NCBI GenBank assembly: GCA_963828255.1
Contig: CAWHDZ010000003.1
Location: forward strand, 96,001-160,000
Origin: an uncultured delta proteobacterium
Lineage (GTDB): Bacteria; Myxococcota; Myxococcia; Myxococcales; Anaeromyxobacteraceae
Direction: 5' to 3'
DNA: 64,000 nucleotides
Shown here: piece after piece, positions 46,395 to 58,400 of the stretch
How the letters are laid out: every line of letters begins with the position of its first letter
Numbering within the stretch: position 1 is the first letter of the stretch
Notes under the pieces: generated by a model
The model's database searches: none
Seen by the model: the letters and a program-made list of their open reading frames with translations, nothing else
What the model was told of the DNA's origin: nothing
Translations under genes and position numbers: made by a program

Positions 46395-48521
46395 TCAGCG
46401 CGACCTGGACCAGCCCACCCAGGCCTCGTCGTGGACGCGGACATCGGGGAAGCCGAGGTAGCGGAGGATGAAGAAGGCATCGGTGGCGGCGAGGCCGGTG
46501 TCACAGGTGGTGATGACGGTCCTGTCCGGGGTGATCCCGCGTGTCCGGAGCATCCACAGGAGCTCCCTGGGCGGCTTCAGCTTGCCATTGTCCATGATGA
46601 GCGCGCCGAGCGGTAGGCTGATCGAGCCCGGGATGGCGCCGGCCCGGGAGGCCTTCTCGTGCTTCGTCTCGCCCAGGACCCGGTGGATGGCGCGGGCGTC
46701 CACGACCACCACCTTCGGCCTGCCGAGGAGAGCGGCCAGCTCGGCCCCGCTCACCACGAAGTCCGGCCGGGCGGCCCCCCGGAAGATGCGCGGCTTCGGG
46801 GCGAGGGGAGCCGTGCCCGCATGGAAGCCTGCCGCGTGCCAGCCCTCGATGCCGCCGTCGAGGTAGGAGACGTTCGAGGCGCCGGCCCACTGCAGCACCG
46901 CGAGGAGAGCGGTCGCCGTCAGCCCGGACTGGTCGTAGACGACCACGTGATCCTCGGCGGCGATTCCGGCGCGGCCGAGGATGGCCGCCACCTTCTCGTG
47001 CTCCACCAGCGTGAAGGGCCGCTCCGCGTCGGCGCCGGTGCGCAGGCCGCTCGTCAGGGGGTCGAGCCAGACGGCCCCCTCGACGTGCCCCTTGTCGTAG
47101 GCGTCCTTGCCGCGGGCGTCCACGACCACGACCCCCTTCTTCCCCAGGTTCTCGTGCAGCCACCGGGCGTCCACCACCATCCCGGTCCGGACCTTGCTCG
47201 TGTCCACCGAGAGCGGCTGGGTCCGCTCGAGGCGCTTCGGCACCTTGCCGTCGGGGACGACCACCTTCCGGTTGGCCTGCTTCTCGAAGTCCTGGACGTC
47301 GGCGCCCGCCAGGAAGAGCGCCCGGTTCCCGTGGCAGTTGTTGCAGCTTGCCGACTGCCAGGTGCGCCGCTGGACGTTGTGCGGCGAGGCCCGCTTCCAG
47401 GTGGGGACGTTCCCGAAGCCGGTGAAGAGGTCCTTGCCGTAGAAGTCGAACATCTCGGGGTAGGCCGGGACGTGGCGGACCAGCTCGTAGCGGACCCCGG
47501 ATCCGCCTGCGTTCGTCCCCGCTGCGAGCCCGATCTTGAAGGACTCCACCTCGAGCCGGTTCTGGAAGTAGGCCGTCCCCTCGGCATCCTTGCCCACGTG
47601 GCAGCCCCAGCAGTTGACGTAGGTCTGGGAGTGGCACACCTGGCACTGCACCTTCCCCAGGTGGATGGCGTGATCCCGGACCGACCCGTACTGCAGGTCC
47701 TCGTGACAGCCGGTGCAGCGCGCGGCCTCGGCGAGCTGGTACCGGCCAGGGAGCCCCGGGGGGGCCGCCGCGTGCATCTCCCTGGCCCCGTGGCAGGAGG
47801 TGCAGTCCATCGCCCTGGCCGCGTGGACGTCCCCCAGGCCGCGCTCGCCGAAGAACTCGCTGCCCACGCGGCTCCCGTGGCAGGCGGTGCACTGCTCGAT
47901 GGGGTCCGGACGCTTCCGGAAGGTGTGCCCCTCGACGAATCCCCTCCCGGCGAACCCGGGGCGGCTCACGTGACAGCCGCCGCAACTGGTGTGGCAGGCC
48001 GAGCAGTGGTTCCGGCGCGCCTCGTCCGCGTGCCGCCACTTCCCCTGGCTCGCCCGCTTCCCGAGCACCCGGGGGAAGGTGGAGAGCGTGGCGTGCAGCG
48101 AGTCCTTTGCCGTGGCCACGATCTCGCCGTGGCAGTCGCCGCAGGCCTTCCCGGGGCTGGTCACGGAAGGGACGGGGACGAAGCCTGCGTGTGCGGCGCC
48201 CTTGTCGAGGCTGGCCGGATCGCCGCCGTGGCAGCCCTCGCAGGCCAGCGCACCGTGGGTGGTGGCCAGAAACTCCTTCGAGACCAGGACCTTCGCCTGT
48301 GGCTCCAACGGAGCCACCGAGCCGCCTCAACCGGCGCCCGACTGCAGCGCCGATTTCCTTGCGGTGGACACGGCGAGGTTCCGGGCGAGCATGGCCTCGT
48401 CCAGGTGGCAGGTGACGCATCCGGACGGCTCGGCGGCCCGCGAATCCATCGGGACGCCGGCGGCGAGCAGGCCGGAAAACGCGCTCGCCACTGCCGCGAC
48501 GGCCCTGAATCCCTGCGACAT
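46395..48521 (-). CDS. Putative selenoprotein: 11-heme cytochrome c fused to tandem rhodanese domains (708 aa, Sec65)
   Basis: RBS + signal peptide + CVTCH, QSGAG-TGA-GGSVAPLE in frame, 10 more CxxCH, VVVDAR/YLDGG rhodanese pair with TTCDTG. Confidence 0.85.
48299..48317 (-). promoter_or_regulatory. Bacterial SECIS-like hairpin
   Basis: GTGGCTCC-GTT-GGAGCCAC, perfect 8-bp stem beginning 10 nt after UGA, G in the loop. Confidence 0.8.
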
Positions 48522-48666
48522 GTCCCCCTCCTGGTGATGATCCCGACGACAGGAAGACACGCTGCGTCAATCCGAGTCTTGACCCCCGACAGGCCGACCC
48601 ATGTGGGATAGGATGCGCCCCAGCATCGGAATCCACTTCCCTGGGTGCTCCTGGAACTGATCGGCA

Positions 48667-49893
48667 GTGGCGCGCGACCCCACCATCCAGAGGATGCTCC
48701 TCCGGCGGGTGGGGGTCGCCACGCTGCTGGTCTCGGCCGTCGCGGCCGCGCTGGTCGGCGCCCGCGAGGCGGGGCGCACCGAGCAGCTCGTGCTGGAGCG
48801 CGCGGTGCAGGGCGCGGCGATGATGAACCTCGCCCTGATGCCCCAGCTCGACGCGGGGCTCTCCGACGGACCCGCCGTCCAGCGCATCCTCGATCGGCTG
48901 TCCGCGTCGCGGGCCGGAGCGGCCAGCGGGCGCTTCGTCACCGTGGCCATCCGGGACCCCTCCGGACTGGAGGTGGCGCGCATCACGACGGCGGACCGGC
49001 CGGCGGGAGGGCAGGGGCTCCTCCCGGTCGAGGTCCCGCTCCACGACTCCACCGGTCGCGTGGCCGGGAAGGTGGCCGCATGGTTCGAGGTCTCGGAGGA
49101 GGCGCGCGCCGAGGCGCGGCGCCGCCTGGCGGGAGCCATCGCGCTGGCGGTGGCGATCGTCCTCGCCACCGCGGCCATCCTCCACCCCATCGTGGCCCGC
49201 CTGCTGCGCAGGCTCGAGACCCTCTCCCTGAGCCTGCTCGACGCCAACCTCGAGACCCTCGGCGTCCTGGGAAGCGCCATCGCCAAGCGCGACAGCGACA
49301 CCGACGCCCACAACTTCCGGGTCACGGCCTACGCCGCCCGCCTCGGCGAGGCGGCGGGCCTGCGCGGGGACGGCATGCGGGCGCTCCTCAAGGGCGCCTT
49401 CCTCCACGACGTGGGAAAGCTGGGCATCCGCGACGCGGTCCTGCTCAAGCCGGGGAAGCTCGACGCCGCCGAGTTCGGCGAGATGAAGCGGCACGTCGCC
49501 CACGGGCTCGACATCATCGACCGCTCGGGCTGGCTGCGCGACGCCAGGCCGGTGGTGGGGCACCACCACGAGAAGTGGGACGGATCGGGCTACGGGGGCG
49601 GCCTCGGCGGCGACGCGATCCCCCTCCCGGCCCGCGTCTTCGCGGTGGCCGACGTCTTCGACGCGCTCACCTCGCGACGCCCCTACAAGGAGCCGATGTC
49701 GGTCGAGGAGGCCATGGCCATCGTCGAGAAGGGGCGCGGCAGCCACTTCGACCCGCAGGTTCTCGACCTCTTCGCCGGGATGGCGAAGGAGCTTTATCTG
49801 AGGTTCGCCTGCGACGAGGGGGAGGCGGCGCACGCCGAGGTGAAGGCGCTCCAGGAACGGCACTTCCGCGGGGAACTGGGCGCGCTCCTCTGA
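48667..49893 (+). CDS. Membrane HD-GYP phosphodiesterase
   Basis: RDSDT.AH..RV, LHDVGK, HHEKWDGSGY, ADVFDALTSRRPYK. Confidence 0.9.
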   Translation: MARDPTIQRMLLRRVGVATLLVSAVAAALVGAREAGRTEQLVLERAVQGAAMMNLALMPQLDAGLSDGPAVQRILDRLSASRAGAASGRFVTVAIRDPSGLEVARITTADRPAGGQGLLPVEVPLHDSTGRVAGKVAAWFEVSEEARAEARRRLAGAIALAVAIVLATAAILHPIVARLLRRLETLSLSLLDANLETLGVLGSAIAKRDSDTDAHNFRVTAYAARLGEAAGLRGDGMRALLKGAFLHDVGKLGIRDAVLLKPGKLDAAEFGEMKRHVAHGLDIIDRSGWLRDARPVVGHHHEKWDGSGYGGGLGGDAIPLPARVFAVADVFDALTSRRPYKEPMSVEEAMAIVEKGRGSHFDPQVLDLFAGMAKELYLRFACDEGEAAHAEVKALQERHFRGELGALL

Positions 49894-49897
49894 CGCG

Positions 49898-50512
49898 TCA
49901 CCCTCCGATGAGCCGCGAGGCCTCGTCGATCCGGGCGGCCAGCGACTGGTAGTCGCGCACCACCGGATACTGGGGGAAGGCGTCCACGACGTTCTGGGGC
50001 GGCCGGAAGAGGATGCCGGCGTGGGCCTCCGCGAGCATGGCGGTGTCGTTGTACGAGTCCCCCGCCGCGATGACCCGGAAGTTCAGGTCCTTGAAGGCCT
50101 TCACGGCGGCCCGCTTCTGGTCGGGCAGGCGCAGGTGGTAGGCCGACACGAAGCCCGCCGCGTCGGTCTCCAGCCGGTGGCAGAAGAGCGTCGGCATGCC
50201 CAGCTGCTCCATGAGCGGCATGGCGAACTCGTAGAAGGTGTCGGAGAGGATGACGACCTGGTAGCGCCGGCGCAGGTCGTCGAGGAACTGCCGGGCTCCC
50301 GCCTCCGGGCCCATCCCGGCGATGACCTTCTGGATGTCCGGGAGCCCGAGCCGGTGCAGCCGGAGCAGCTGGAGCCGCCCGCGCATGAGCTTGTCGTAGT
50401 CGGGCTCGTCGCGGGTGGTGCGGCGCAGCTCCGCGATGCCGGTGCGGTCGGAGAACGCGATCCAGATCTCCGGGACGAGGACCCCTTCGAGGTCGAGGCA
50501 GACGATCTGCAC
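49898..50512 (-). CDS. thrH: Phosphoserine phosphatase/homoserine phosphotransferase
   Basis: CLDLEGVLVPEIW, TTRD.PDYD.LM, LSDTF, GDSYND. Confidence 0.95.
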   Translation of the reverse strand: MQIVCLDLEGVLVPEIWIAFSDRTGIAELRRTTRDEPDYDKLMRGRLQLLRLHRLGLPDIQKVIAGMGPEAGARQFLDDLRRRYQVVILSDTFYEFAMPLMEQLGMPTLFCHRLETDAAGFVSAYHLRLPDQKRAAVKAFKDLNFRVIAAGDSYNDTAMLAEAHAGILFRPPQNVVDAFPQYPVVRDYQSLAARIDEASRLIGG

Positions 50513-50528
50513 GTGGCGATCTCCCTGG

Positions 50529-51116
50529 TCAGGGCTCGATGCGCGAACCCAGGAGGAGGAGGAACTGGCGCATCCACTCGGGGTGGGCCGGCCAGGCCGG
50601 GGCCGTGACCAGGTGGCCGTCGGTCAGGGCGTTGGAGGCCGTCTCGTTCACCGCGCCGAAGCGGGCCCCGGCCGCGGTGCACTCCGGACCGCAGGCGGGG
50701 TAGGCGATGGCGTTCCGGCCCTTCAGGACGCCGGCGGCGGCGAGGATCTGCGGTCCGTGGCAGATGGCGGCGATGGGCTTCCTGGCCCCGTCGAACTCCT
50801 GGACGAGCTCGATCACCCTGGGGTTCAGGCGGAGGTACTCGGGTGCGCGACCGCCGGGGATGACCAGCGCGTCGAAGTCGGCGGCGCGCGCCGTCTCGAA
50901 GGAGGCGTTGATGCCGAACCGGTGCCCGGTCAGCTCGACGTAGGTCTGATCGCCGACGAAGTCGTGGACGGCCGTCTTCACGGTGTCGCCCGGCTTCTTT
51001 CCCGGACAGACGGTATGGACGGAGTGGCCCACCATGGTGAGGATCTGGAACGGGACCATGGCCTCGTAGTCCTCGACGAAGTCGCCGACCAGCATCAAAA
51101 TCTTCTTCGCGGCCAT
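50529..51116 (-). CDS. DJ-1/PfpI family protein
   Basis: GDFVEDYE, PGGRAPEY, ICHGPQ, TAPAWPAHP. Confidence 0.93.
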   Translation of the reverse strand: MAAKKILMLVGDFVEDYEAMVPFQILTMVGHSVHTVCPGKKPGDTVKTAVHDFVGDQTYVELTGHRFGINASFETARAADFDALVIPGGRAPEYLRLNPRVIELVQEFDGARKPIAAICHGPQILAAAGVLKGRNAIAYPACGPECTAAGARFGAVNETASNALTDGHLVTAPAWPAHPEWMRQFLLLLGSRIEP

Positions 51117-51256
51117 TGCCTGCTCCTCGGGCGTTTTGCAGCCCGTGCGTCGAGAGATGTCACGATCTTCCTTGCCCCTCGTCTTATACACCGGGCGTCG
51201 GTGTGCGCGGATGTTCCCCGTTGACGAGGACCCCGTCCGGATCGTCTTCTCCTCCC

Positions 51257-52327
51257 ATGGCGAACGTCCTCATCGTCGACGACGACGCGCTGATCCTGGA
51301 ACTGCTGTCCCAGACGCTGAAGCGGGCCGGGTTCACCACCACCTGCCACTCGAGCCCCCTGGAGGCCCTCTCCGCGGTCGAGCTCGAGCGGCCCGACGTC
51401 ATCATCGCCGACTTCGTCATGCCCGAGATGAACGGCATCGCCTTCCTGGAGATGTCGATCGCCCGAAGCCCCGGGTCGGCCCGCATCCTCTGCACCGGCC
51501 ATGCGGACTCCGACGTCGTCATGCATGCGGTCAACGCGGGGCAGGTGAACCGCATCATCGAGAAGCCACCCAGCGAGGTGGAACTGGTCTCGGCGGTGAC
51601 CCAGGCGGCCGACACCGTGGCGCTCCGGCGGAGGAACGAGGAGCTCGCGGAGCAGCTCCGGCGCCAGAACCTCCACCTGGAGGAGATCGTCCGGGAGCGC
51701 ACCGAGGCCCTGCTGCAGGGCTTCGTGGGGTCGCTGGACGCCCGGGACTCCGGCACGCGGACGCACTCCCAGCGGGTGGCGCGCTACGCGCGGCGCCTGG
51801 CCCTCCAGATGGGCATCGCCGAGCCCGATCTCGGAGTCATCGAGCGCGGCTCGCTGCTTCACGACATCGGGAAGATCGCCGTCCCCGACCGGATCCTGCT
51901 CAAGGACGGGCCCCTCTCCGGCGAGGAATGGGTTCAGATGCGCGAGCACCCCCGGCGCGGGTGGGCGCTGCTCCAGGGGGTGGACTACCTGCGCGAGGCC
52001 TCCAGGGTCGTGCTCCAGCACCACGAGCGCTGGGACGGGGCGGGGTACCCCTCGGGCGTCTCCGGGGACGCCATCGACATCGGCGCCCGCGTGTTCCAGG
52101 TGGTGGACGCCTACGACGCCATCACCACCGACCGCCCCTATCACCGGGCCAGGCCCCACGAGGAGGCCTGCGGGGAGATCGCGAGGGCCAGCCGGACGCA
52201 GTTCGACCCGGCGGTGGTGGCGGCCTTCCTGCTGGTGCGCCTGGAGGACTGGAGGCAGATCCGCGCCCGGGTCGAGGCGGCGGCCGCGCGGGATCAGGGC
52301 GATCCGCTCCCGAGCACCTCGGGGTAG
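51257..52327 (+). CDS. Response regulator with HD-GYP output
   Basis: VLIVDDD, D..MP.MNG, LHDIGK, HHERWDGAGYP. Confidence 0.92.
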   Translation: MANVLIVDDDALILELLSQTLKRAGFTTTCHSSPLEALSAVELERPDVIIADFVMPEMNGIAFLEMSIARSPGSARILCTGHADSDVVMHAVNAGQVNRIIEKPPSEVELVSAVTQAADTVALRRRNEELAEQLRRQNLHLEEIVRERTEALLQGFVGSLDARDSGTRTHSQRVARYARRLALQMGIAEPDLGVIERGSLLHDIGKIAVPDRILLKDGPLSGEEWVQMREHPRRGWALLQGVDYLREASRVVLQHHERWDGAGYPSGVSGDAIDIGARVFQVVDAYDAITTDRPYHRARPHEEACGEIARASRTQFDPAVVAAFLLVRLEDWRQIRARVEAAAARDQGDPLPSTSG

Positions 52328-52490
52328 AGCTTCCGCCAGAATGCGCAGTGGTGCGCCGCTCCGGCATCAGGGGCGCTTGCCAGATCGACAATTCACCCGG
52401 AGCGGAACGATGGGTCCATGGTCGTATGAGGGGCCCTGCGCACCTTCGCGGCGTTAGGATCACCTTCCCCTCGATCTGGAGAAAGCGCTC

Positions 52491-55400
52491 TTGGCGGCGA
52501 TCCTCGACACCCTTCCGTTCCGGGACGAGCTGCTCAGCATCGAGCGGCTGGAGGAGCGCGCCCGCGCGCTCGCCGCCCGGTTCACGGTGGATCCCCACCG
52601 GCGCAAGGCCCGGAGCGTCTTCCCTCGCTTCGACGACAACGCCCAGGTCCTGCGGCAGGCCTACCGTGCCCTCGCCGCCGACGTGCACCAGGGGAAGTTC
52701 ATCACCCCGGCGGGAGAGTGGCTCCTCGACAACTACCACCTGGTGGACTCGGAGATCCGCGTGGTCCGGCAGAACCTCCCGCGCGGCTACTACCGGGAGC
52801 TGCCCAAGCTCGCGGCCCGCGACCTGGCGGGCAACGCCCGGGTCTACGCCCTCGCCGTCGAGCTGATCCGCCACAGCGACAGCCGCCTCGATCGGCAGCA
52901 GCTGGCCCGTTTCCTCGACGGCTTCCAGACCGTCGCCCCGCTGACCATCGGCGAGCTCTGGGCCTGGCCCAGCATGCTGAAGCTCGCACTCATCGAGAAC
53001 CTGAGGCGGCTCGCCGACCAGACGATGGACGCCCGTGCGGCGCGGCGGGCCGCCGACGGCTACGTGGCCCGGATCGACGCGGCGGGGAAGGGGGCCGTGC
53101 CACCGCTTCCCCGCTCGCTCCACGCCGCACACGTGGTGCAGCTGATGCACCGCGTCCGGGAGTATGGTCCGCGCCTCTCTGCCCTCCGCCGCGAGCTGGA
53201 TGCGCACGTGGCCCAGGGGGGCCACACGGCCGAGGAGGCCATCCGCAGCGAGCACCAGCGCGAGGCCGCCACCCAGGTGTCGGTGGCGAACGCCATCACC
53301 AGCCTCCGGCTCTGCGCCGAGATCGACTGGCCGCAGTTCGTGGAATCGGTGAGCCTGGTGGAGCGCGTCCTGCAGCGGGACCCCGCCGGGGTGCATGGCC
53401 GGATGGAGTTCCTGAGCCGGGATCGCTATCGCCAGGCCGTCGAGGAGCTCGCCGAGCCCTCCGGGGAGGCCCAGGTGCGCGTGGCCCTTCGCGCCGTGGA
53501 GAGCGCGCGCGAGGTGGCCGAGGTGGAGGGGCCCGGCGCACGCGCCGCCCACGTCGGCCACCACCTCATCGGGAAGGGGCGGCGGGGACTCGAGTCCGAC
53601 GTGGCCTGGCGCCCGGGCTTCGCAAAGGGACTTCGCCGCCTCGCCTTCTCGCACGCCCCGTTCCTCTACCTGGCGGCGATCACCATCGCCACCGCCGGGC
53701 TGGTCGCCGCAGGGGTCGCCTACGCCCGAATGGAGCACGGCACCCTCCGGGGCCAGGTCGCCGTGGCGCTCCTGCTGCTCCTGCCGGCGAGCGAGCTCGC
53801 CATCGCCTTCGTCCAGCGCCTGGCCGCCCACCTGGCCCCTCCGCGGCGCCTTCCACGCCTCGACTTCGAGGCAGGGATTCCCGACGAGGCGCGGACCCTG
53901 GTGGTCGTGCCCACGCTCCTCTCCAGCGTGGCGGGGGTCGACGAGCTGCTCGGGCACGTCGAGGTACTGGCCCTCGGAAACCTCGACCCGCGCATCCACT
54001 TCGCCATCCTGGGAGACTTCACCGACGCCGAGGCGCGGGAGATGCCCGGCGACGAGTCCATCCTCGACACTGCGCGCCTGGGCGTCGAGGCGCTGAACGC
54101 CCGGCTCTCGGAGGGGCGAGGGGACCGGTTCTTCCTGCTCCACCGCACGCGGCAGTGGAACCCGGGTGAGGGTGTGTGGATGGGGTGGGAGCGGAAGCGC
54201 GGAAAGCTCGAGGAGCTGAACCGGCTCCTGCGCGGCGCCACCGACACGAGCTTCGCGGTGCAGGTCGGCGCGACGGCCATCCTCCCGGCGGTGCGCTACT
54301 GCATCACGCTCGACACCGACACCCGTCTGCCGCGGGACGCCGCACGGAAGCTCATCGGGATCATCGCCCACCCGCTCAACAGGCCCCGCTTCGACGCGGC
54401 CAGCGGCAGGGTGACCGAGGGGTACGGGATCCTGCAACCCAGGGTCAGCGTGGCCACGTCGAGCGCGGCGGGCTCACGCTTCGCCCGGATCTTCGCTGGC
54501 CAGACCACGGTGGATCCCTACACGACCGCGGTCTCGGACACCTACCAGGACCTCTTCGGCGAGGGGACCTTCACCGGCAAGGGGCTGTACGACGTGGACG
54601 CCTTCGCCGCCGCGCTGACCGGCCGGGTTCCCGACAACGCGCTCCTCTCGCACGATCTCTTCGAGGGGCTGCACGCGCGAGCGGCCCTGGTCACCGACGT
54701 GGAGGTGGTGGACGACTACCCCTCGAGCGTCCTCACCCATGCGCGCCGGCAGCACCGGTGGGCCCGCGGCGACTGGCAGATCCTGGCCTGGCTCTTCCCC
54801 TTCGTTCCCACCCGCAGGGGGCTGCAACGCAACCACCTCCCCATCCTCTCGCGGTGGAAGATCCTCGACAACCTGCGGCGCAGCCTGCTCGCGCCGGCGA
54901 CCGTGGCCCTCCTGCTCGCCGCGTGGACGATCCTGCCTGGGAGCCCTGCGGTCTGGACGGTGCTGGTCGTCCTGGCCACCGCCTTCCCGCTCCTGCCGCT
55001 GGCGTTCGAGGCCATCGCCGGTCCAACGCCGCAGCAGCCGTGGCGGGCCTTCGTTCGCGGGCTCCGGGAGGACGCCGGGGGCGGGCTGGCGCGCGTCCTG
55101 CTCCAGCTCGCCTTCCTCGCCAACCAGGCCCACGAGATGCTGCACGCCATCCAGATCACCCTGGTCCGGCTCGTGTTCACGCGGCGGAGGCTGCTCGAGT
55201 GGGAGACGGCGGCGGCGAGCGCGGCCCGCGGGGCGGCGGGCCCGGGAGGCGCCGGAGCGCGCCCGTTCTGGGTCGAGATGGCGGCCAGCCCGGTCATCGC
55301 CGGCGCCGGACTCCTCGGGGTCATGGCCTTCCGACCGTCCGCGCTCTGGGCCGCGGCGCCGGTCCTCGGGCTCTGGGCCGTCGCGCCGTTCATCGCCCAT

Positions 55401-58400
55401 GGCCTGAGCCGTGTCGCTCCCCGGCGCGCCCTGGGCGCCGAGGACCGCGCCTTCCTCCTCGCCGTTGCGCGCAAGACCTGGGGATGGTTCGACGCCTTCA
55501 TGGGCGTGGAGGACCACGGCCTGCCTCCCGACAACTTCCAGGAGGTCCCCGATCCGAAGGTTGCGCACCGGACCTCGCCGACCAACATCGGCATGGGCCT
55601 GCTCTCCATCCTGTCCGCCCACGACCTCGGCTTCATCGAGACGGCGGAGCTCGTCGAGCGGGTCGACGCGGCGCTCACCACGGTGGAGGGGCTGGAGCGG
55701 CTCGAGGGGCATCTCTACAACTGGTACGACACGGTGAGCCTGGCGCCGCTCGAGCCCCGCTACGTCTCCACGGTCGACAGCGGCAACCTGGCGGGAGCGC
55801 TCGTCGCGCTCGCCGAGGGGCTCCGTGAGCTGCCTCCGTCGGATGGGCTGGCGGCGCTCGCGACGCGTTCCTCCGCCCTCGCCTACGGGATGGACTTCCG
55901 GTTCCTCTACGACCTGCGGCGCAGGCTCCTGTCGATCGGGTACCGCGCCGCGGACGCCGACGGGCCGGGGGAGCTCGACGCCTCCCACTACGACCTGCTC
56001 GCCTCGGAGGCCCGGCTGGCCAGCTTCTTCGCCATCGCCAAGGGCGACCTGCCGGAGCTGCACTGGTTCCGGCTCGGTCGCACGGTCACCGGCGTCCACG
56101 GCGTGCCCACGCTGCTCTCCTGGAGCGGGACGATGTTCGAGTACCTGATGCCGCTCCTGCTCATGCGGAGCTACCCGGGCACGCTGCTGGAGGAGAGCTG
56201 CCGGGCGGCGGTCCGGCGCCAGAGGGACTACGCCGTGGAGCGGGGAGTCCCGTGGGGGATCTCCGAGTCGGCCTACGACCTCGTCGACCGCCACGAGAAC
56301 TACCAGTACAAGGCCTTCGGCGTGCCCGGGCTGGGACTCAAGCGCGGACTGGGGGACGAGCTGGTGGTCGCCCCCTATGCGGCCGCGCTGGCCACCCTCG
56401 TCGACCCGGAGGCCGCCGTGCGGAACCTGCGCCGGCTCACGGCCGAGGGGCTCGAGGGCGCCCACGGCTACTTCGACGCCGTGGACTTCACGCGGCGTCG
56501 CAGCGACGACCCCGGGGCTCCGGTTCCCGAGAAGGGCCCGGTCGAGGGAGCGATCGTCCGCACCTACCTGGCCCACCACCAGGGGATGACCCTGACGGCG
56601 ATCGCCAATGCACTGCAGGGAAACCGGATGGTGGAGCGCTTCCACGCCGACCCGCGGGTCCGGGCCACCGAGCTGCTCCTCCAGGAGAAGGCTCCCCGGC
56701 ACGCCCCGTTCGCCCGGCCCCGTCCGGACGAGGCCACGACCCGGGCGCCGCCGGTGCCCCCCGTGGAGGTCCGCCGCTTCCGCTCGGCCCACACTCCCTA
56801 CCCGCACGCCCAGTTCCTCTCCAACGGAAACTACACCGCGGTGGTGACCAACGCGGGCGGAGGCTCGAGCTTCTGCCGGGGACGGGCCGTGACCCGATCG
56901 CGCCTGGACGCCACCTGCGACCCGGGAAGCCAGTTCCTCTACCTGCGTGACGTGCGCAGCGGCCGGGTGTGGTCGGCCACCCAGCACCCCACCCCGGGAG
57001 AGGCCGAGGACTACCTCGTGACCTTTGCGGTGGAGCGGGCCACCTTCCACAGGCGAGAGGACGAGATCGGAACACGGCTCGACATCGCCGTTTCCCCGGA
57101 GGACGACGTGGAGGTCCGGCGCCTGGTGGTGACGAACCACAGCGACCGCGTCCGCGAGATCGAGGTGACGAGCTACGCCGAGATCGTGCTGGGACCGGCA
57201 GCCGACGACCTGGCCCATCCCTCCTTCGGAAAGCTCTTCGTGGAGTCGGAGTACGTCGCCGGGAGCGCCGCGCTCCTCTGCCATCGCCGGCCGCGCGCGC
57301 CCGACGACGCACCCGCCTGGGGGCTGCACGTCATCAGCCAGGAGGGCAGGACGCAGGGGCCCGTGGAGTGGGAGACCGATCGGGCCCGGTTCCTCGGACG
57401 GGGACGCAGTCCCCGGGACCCGCAGGCGCTCGACGGACGGTCGTTGACCGGCACCACCGGCGTCCTGCTCGACCCGATCGTCAGCCTGCGGCAGCGCATC
57501 CGGCTCGCCCCGGGCGGCGTGGCCAGGATGTCCTTCGCCACCGGGATGACCGGGAGCCGGGAGACGGCGCTCGCGCTGGCCCAGCGCTACAGGGATCCCA
57601 GCGCCACGGCCCGGACCTTCGCGCTCGCCTCGGCGCACGCGCGGAGCACGCTCCGCCACCTCGGGATCTCGGCCGACGAGGCCCTGGTGTTCGAGCGCCT
57701 GGCCTCGCGCGTGCTGCGGAGCGATGCCTCGCTGCGCGCGCCCTCCGAGCTCCTGGCCCGCACCACCCTCGGGCAGGCCGGGCTCTGGCCGCACGGCATC
57801 TCCGGCGACCTGCCCATCCTGCTCGCACGGGTGGTGACGGCGGACGGGCTCTCGCTGGTGCGGCAGGTCCTGCAGGCACAGGAGTACTGGCGGCTGAAGG
57901 GGCTCCAGGCCGACGTGGTGATCCTGAACGAGCACCCCACGAGCTACCTCGACGAGGCCCACGGCGCGCTGACCGCGCTGCTCGACGACGGCCCGTGGAG
58001 GGCCTGGAAGGACCGTCCGGGCGGGGTGTACCTCCTCCGGCGCGACCGCATGCCCGACGCCGAGCACCTGCTGCTGACCACTGTGGCGCGGGCCATCGTC
58101 AGCGACGACCGGGGCGAGCTGGCACGGCAGCTCGACCGGCCCACCCCGCCCTGGACCGAGCCGCCCGCCCAGGTCATCGCCCCGGCGCCGGCCGCGCAGC
58201 TCGCGCCCGCGCCGGTTCCGCCGCTCGCCCTGGCCAACGGGCTCGGCGGGTTCGCCGATCAGGGGCGCGCGTACGTCGTGGTCCTGGAGGGCGCGGAGGA
58301 GACCCCGTCACCGTGGGTGAACGTCATCGCCAATCCGGGCTTCGGGACCATCGTCTCGGCCTCGGGATCGGCCTTCACCTGGTCCATGAACAGCCGCGAG

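Noticed and set aside
46501..58067. Very long alternative-frame ORFs (e.g. 46501-49863, 54474-58067; also 37089-40118 and 6892-9462)
   Set aside because: Shadow ORFs expected in high-GC DNA; low-complexity Arg/Gly/Pro/Ala sequence overlapping well-supported genes.
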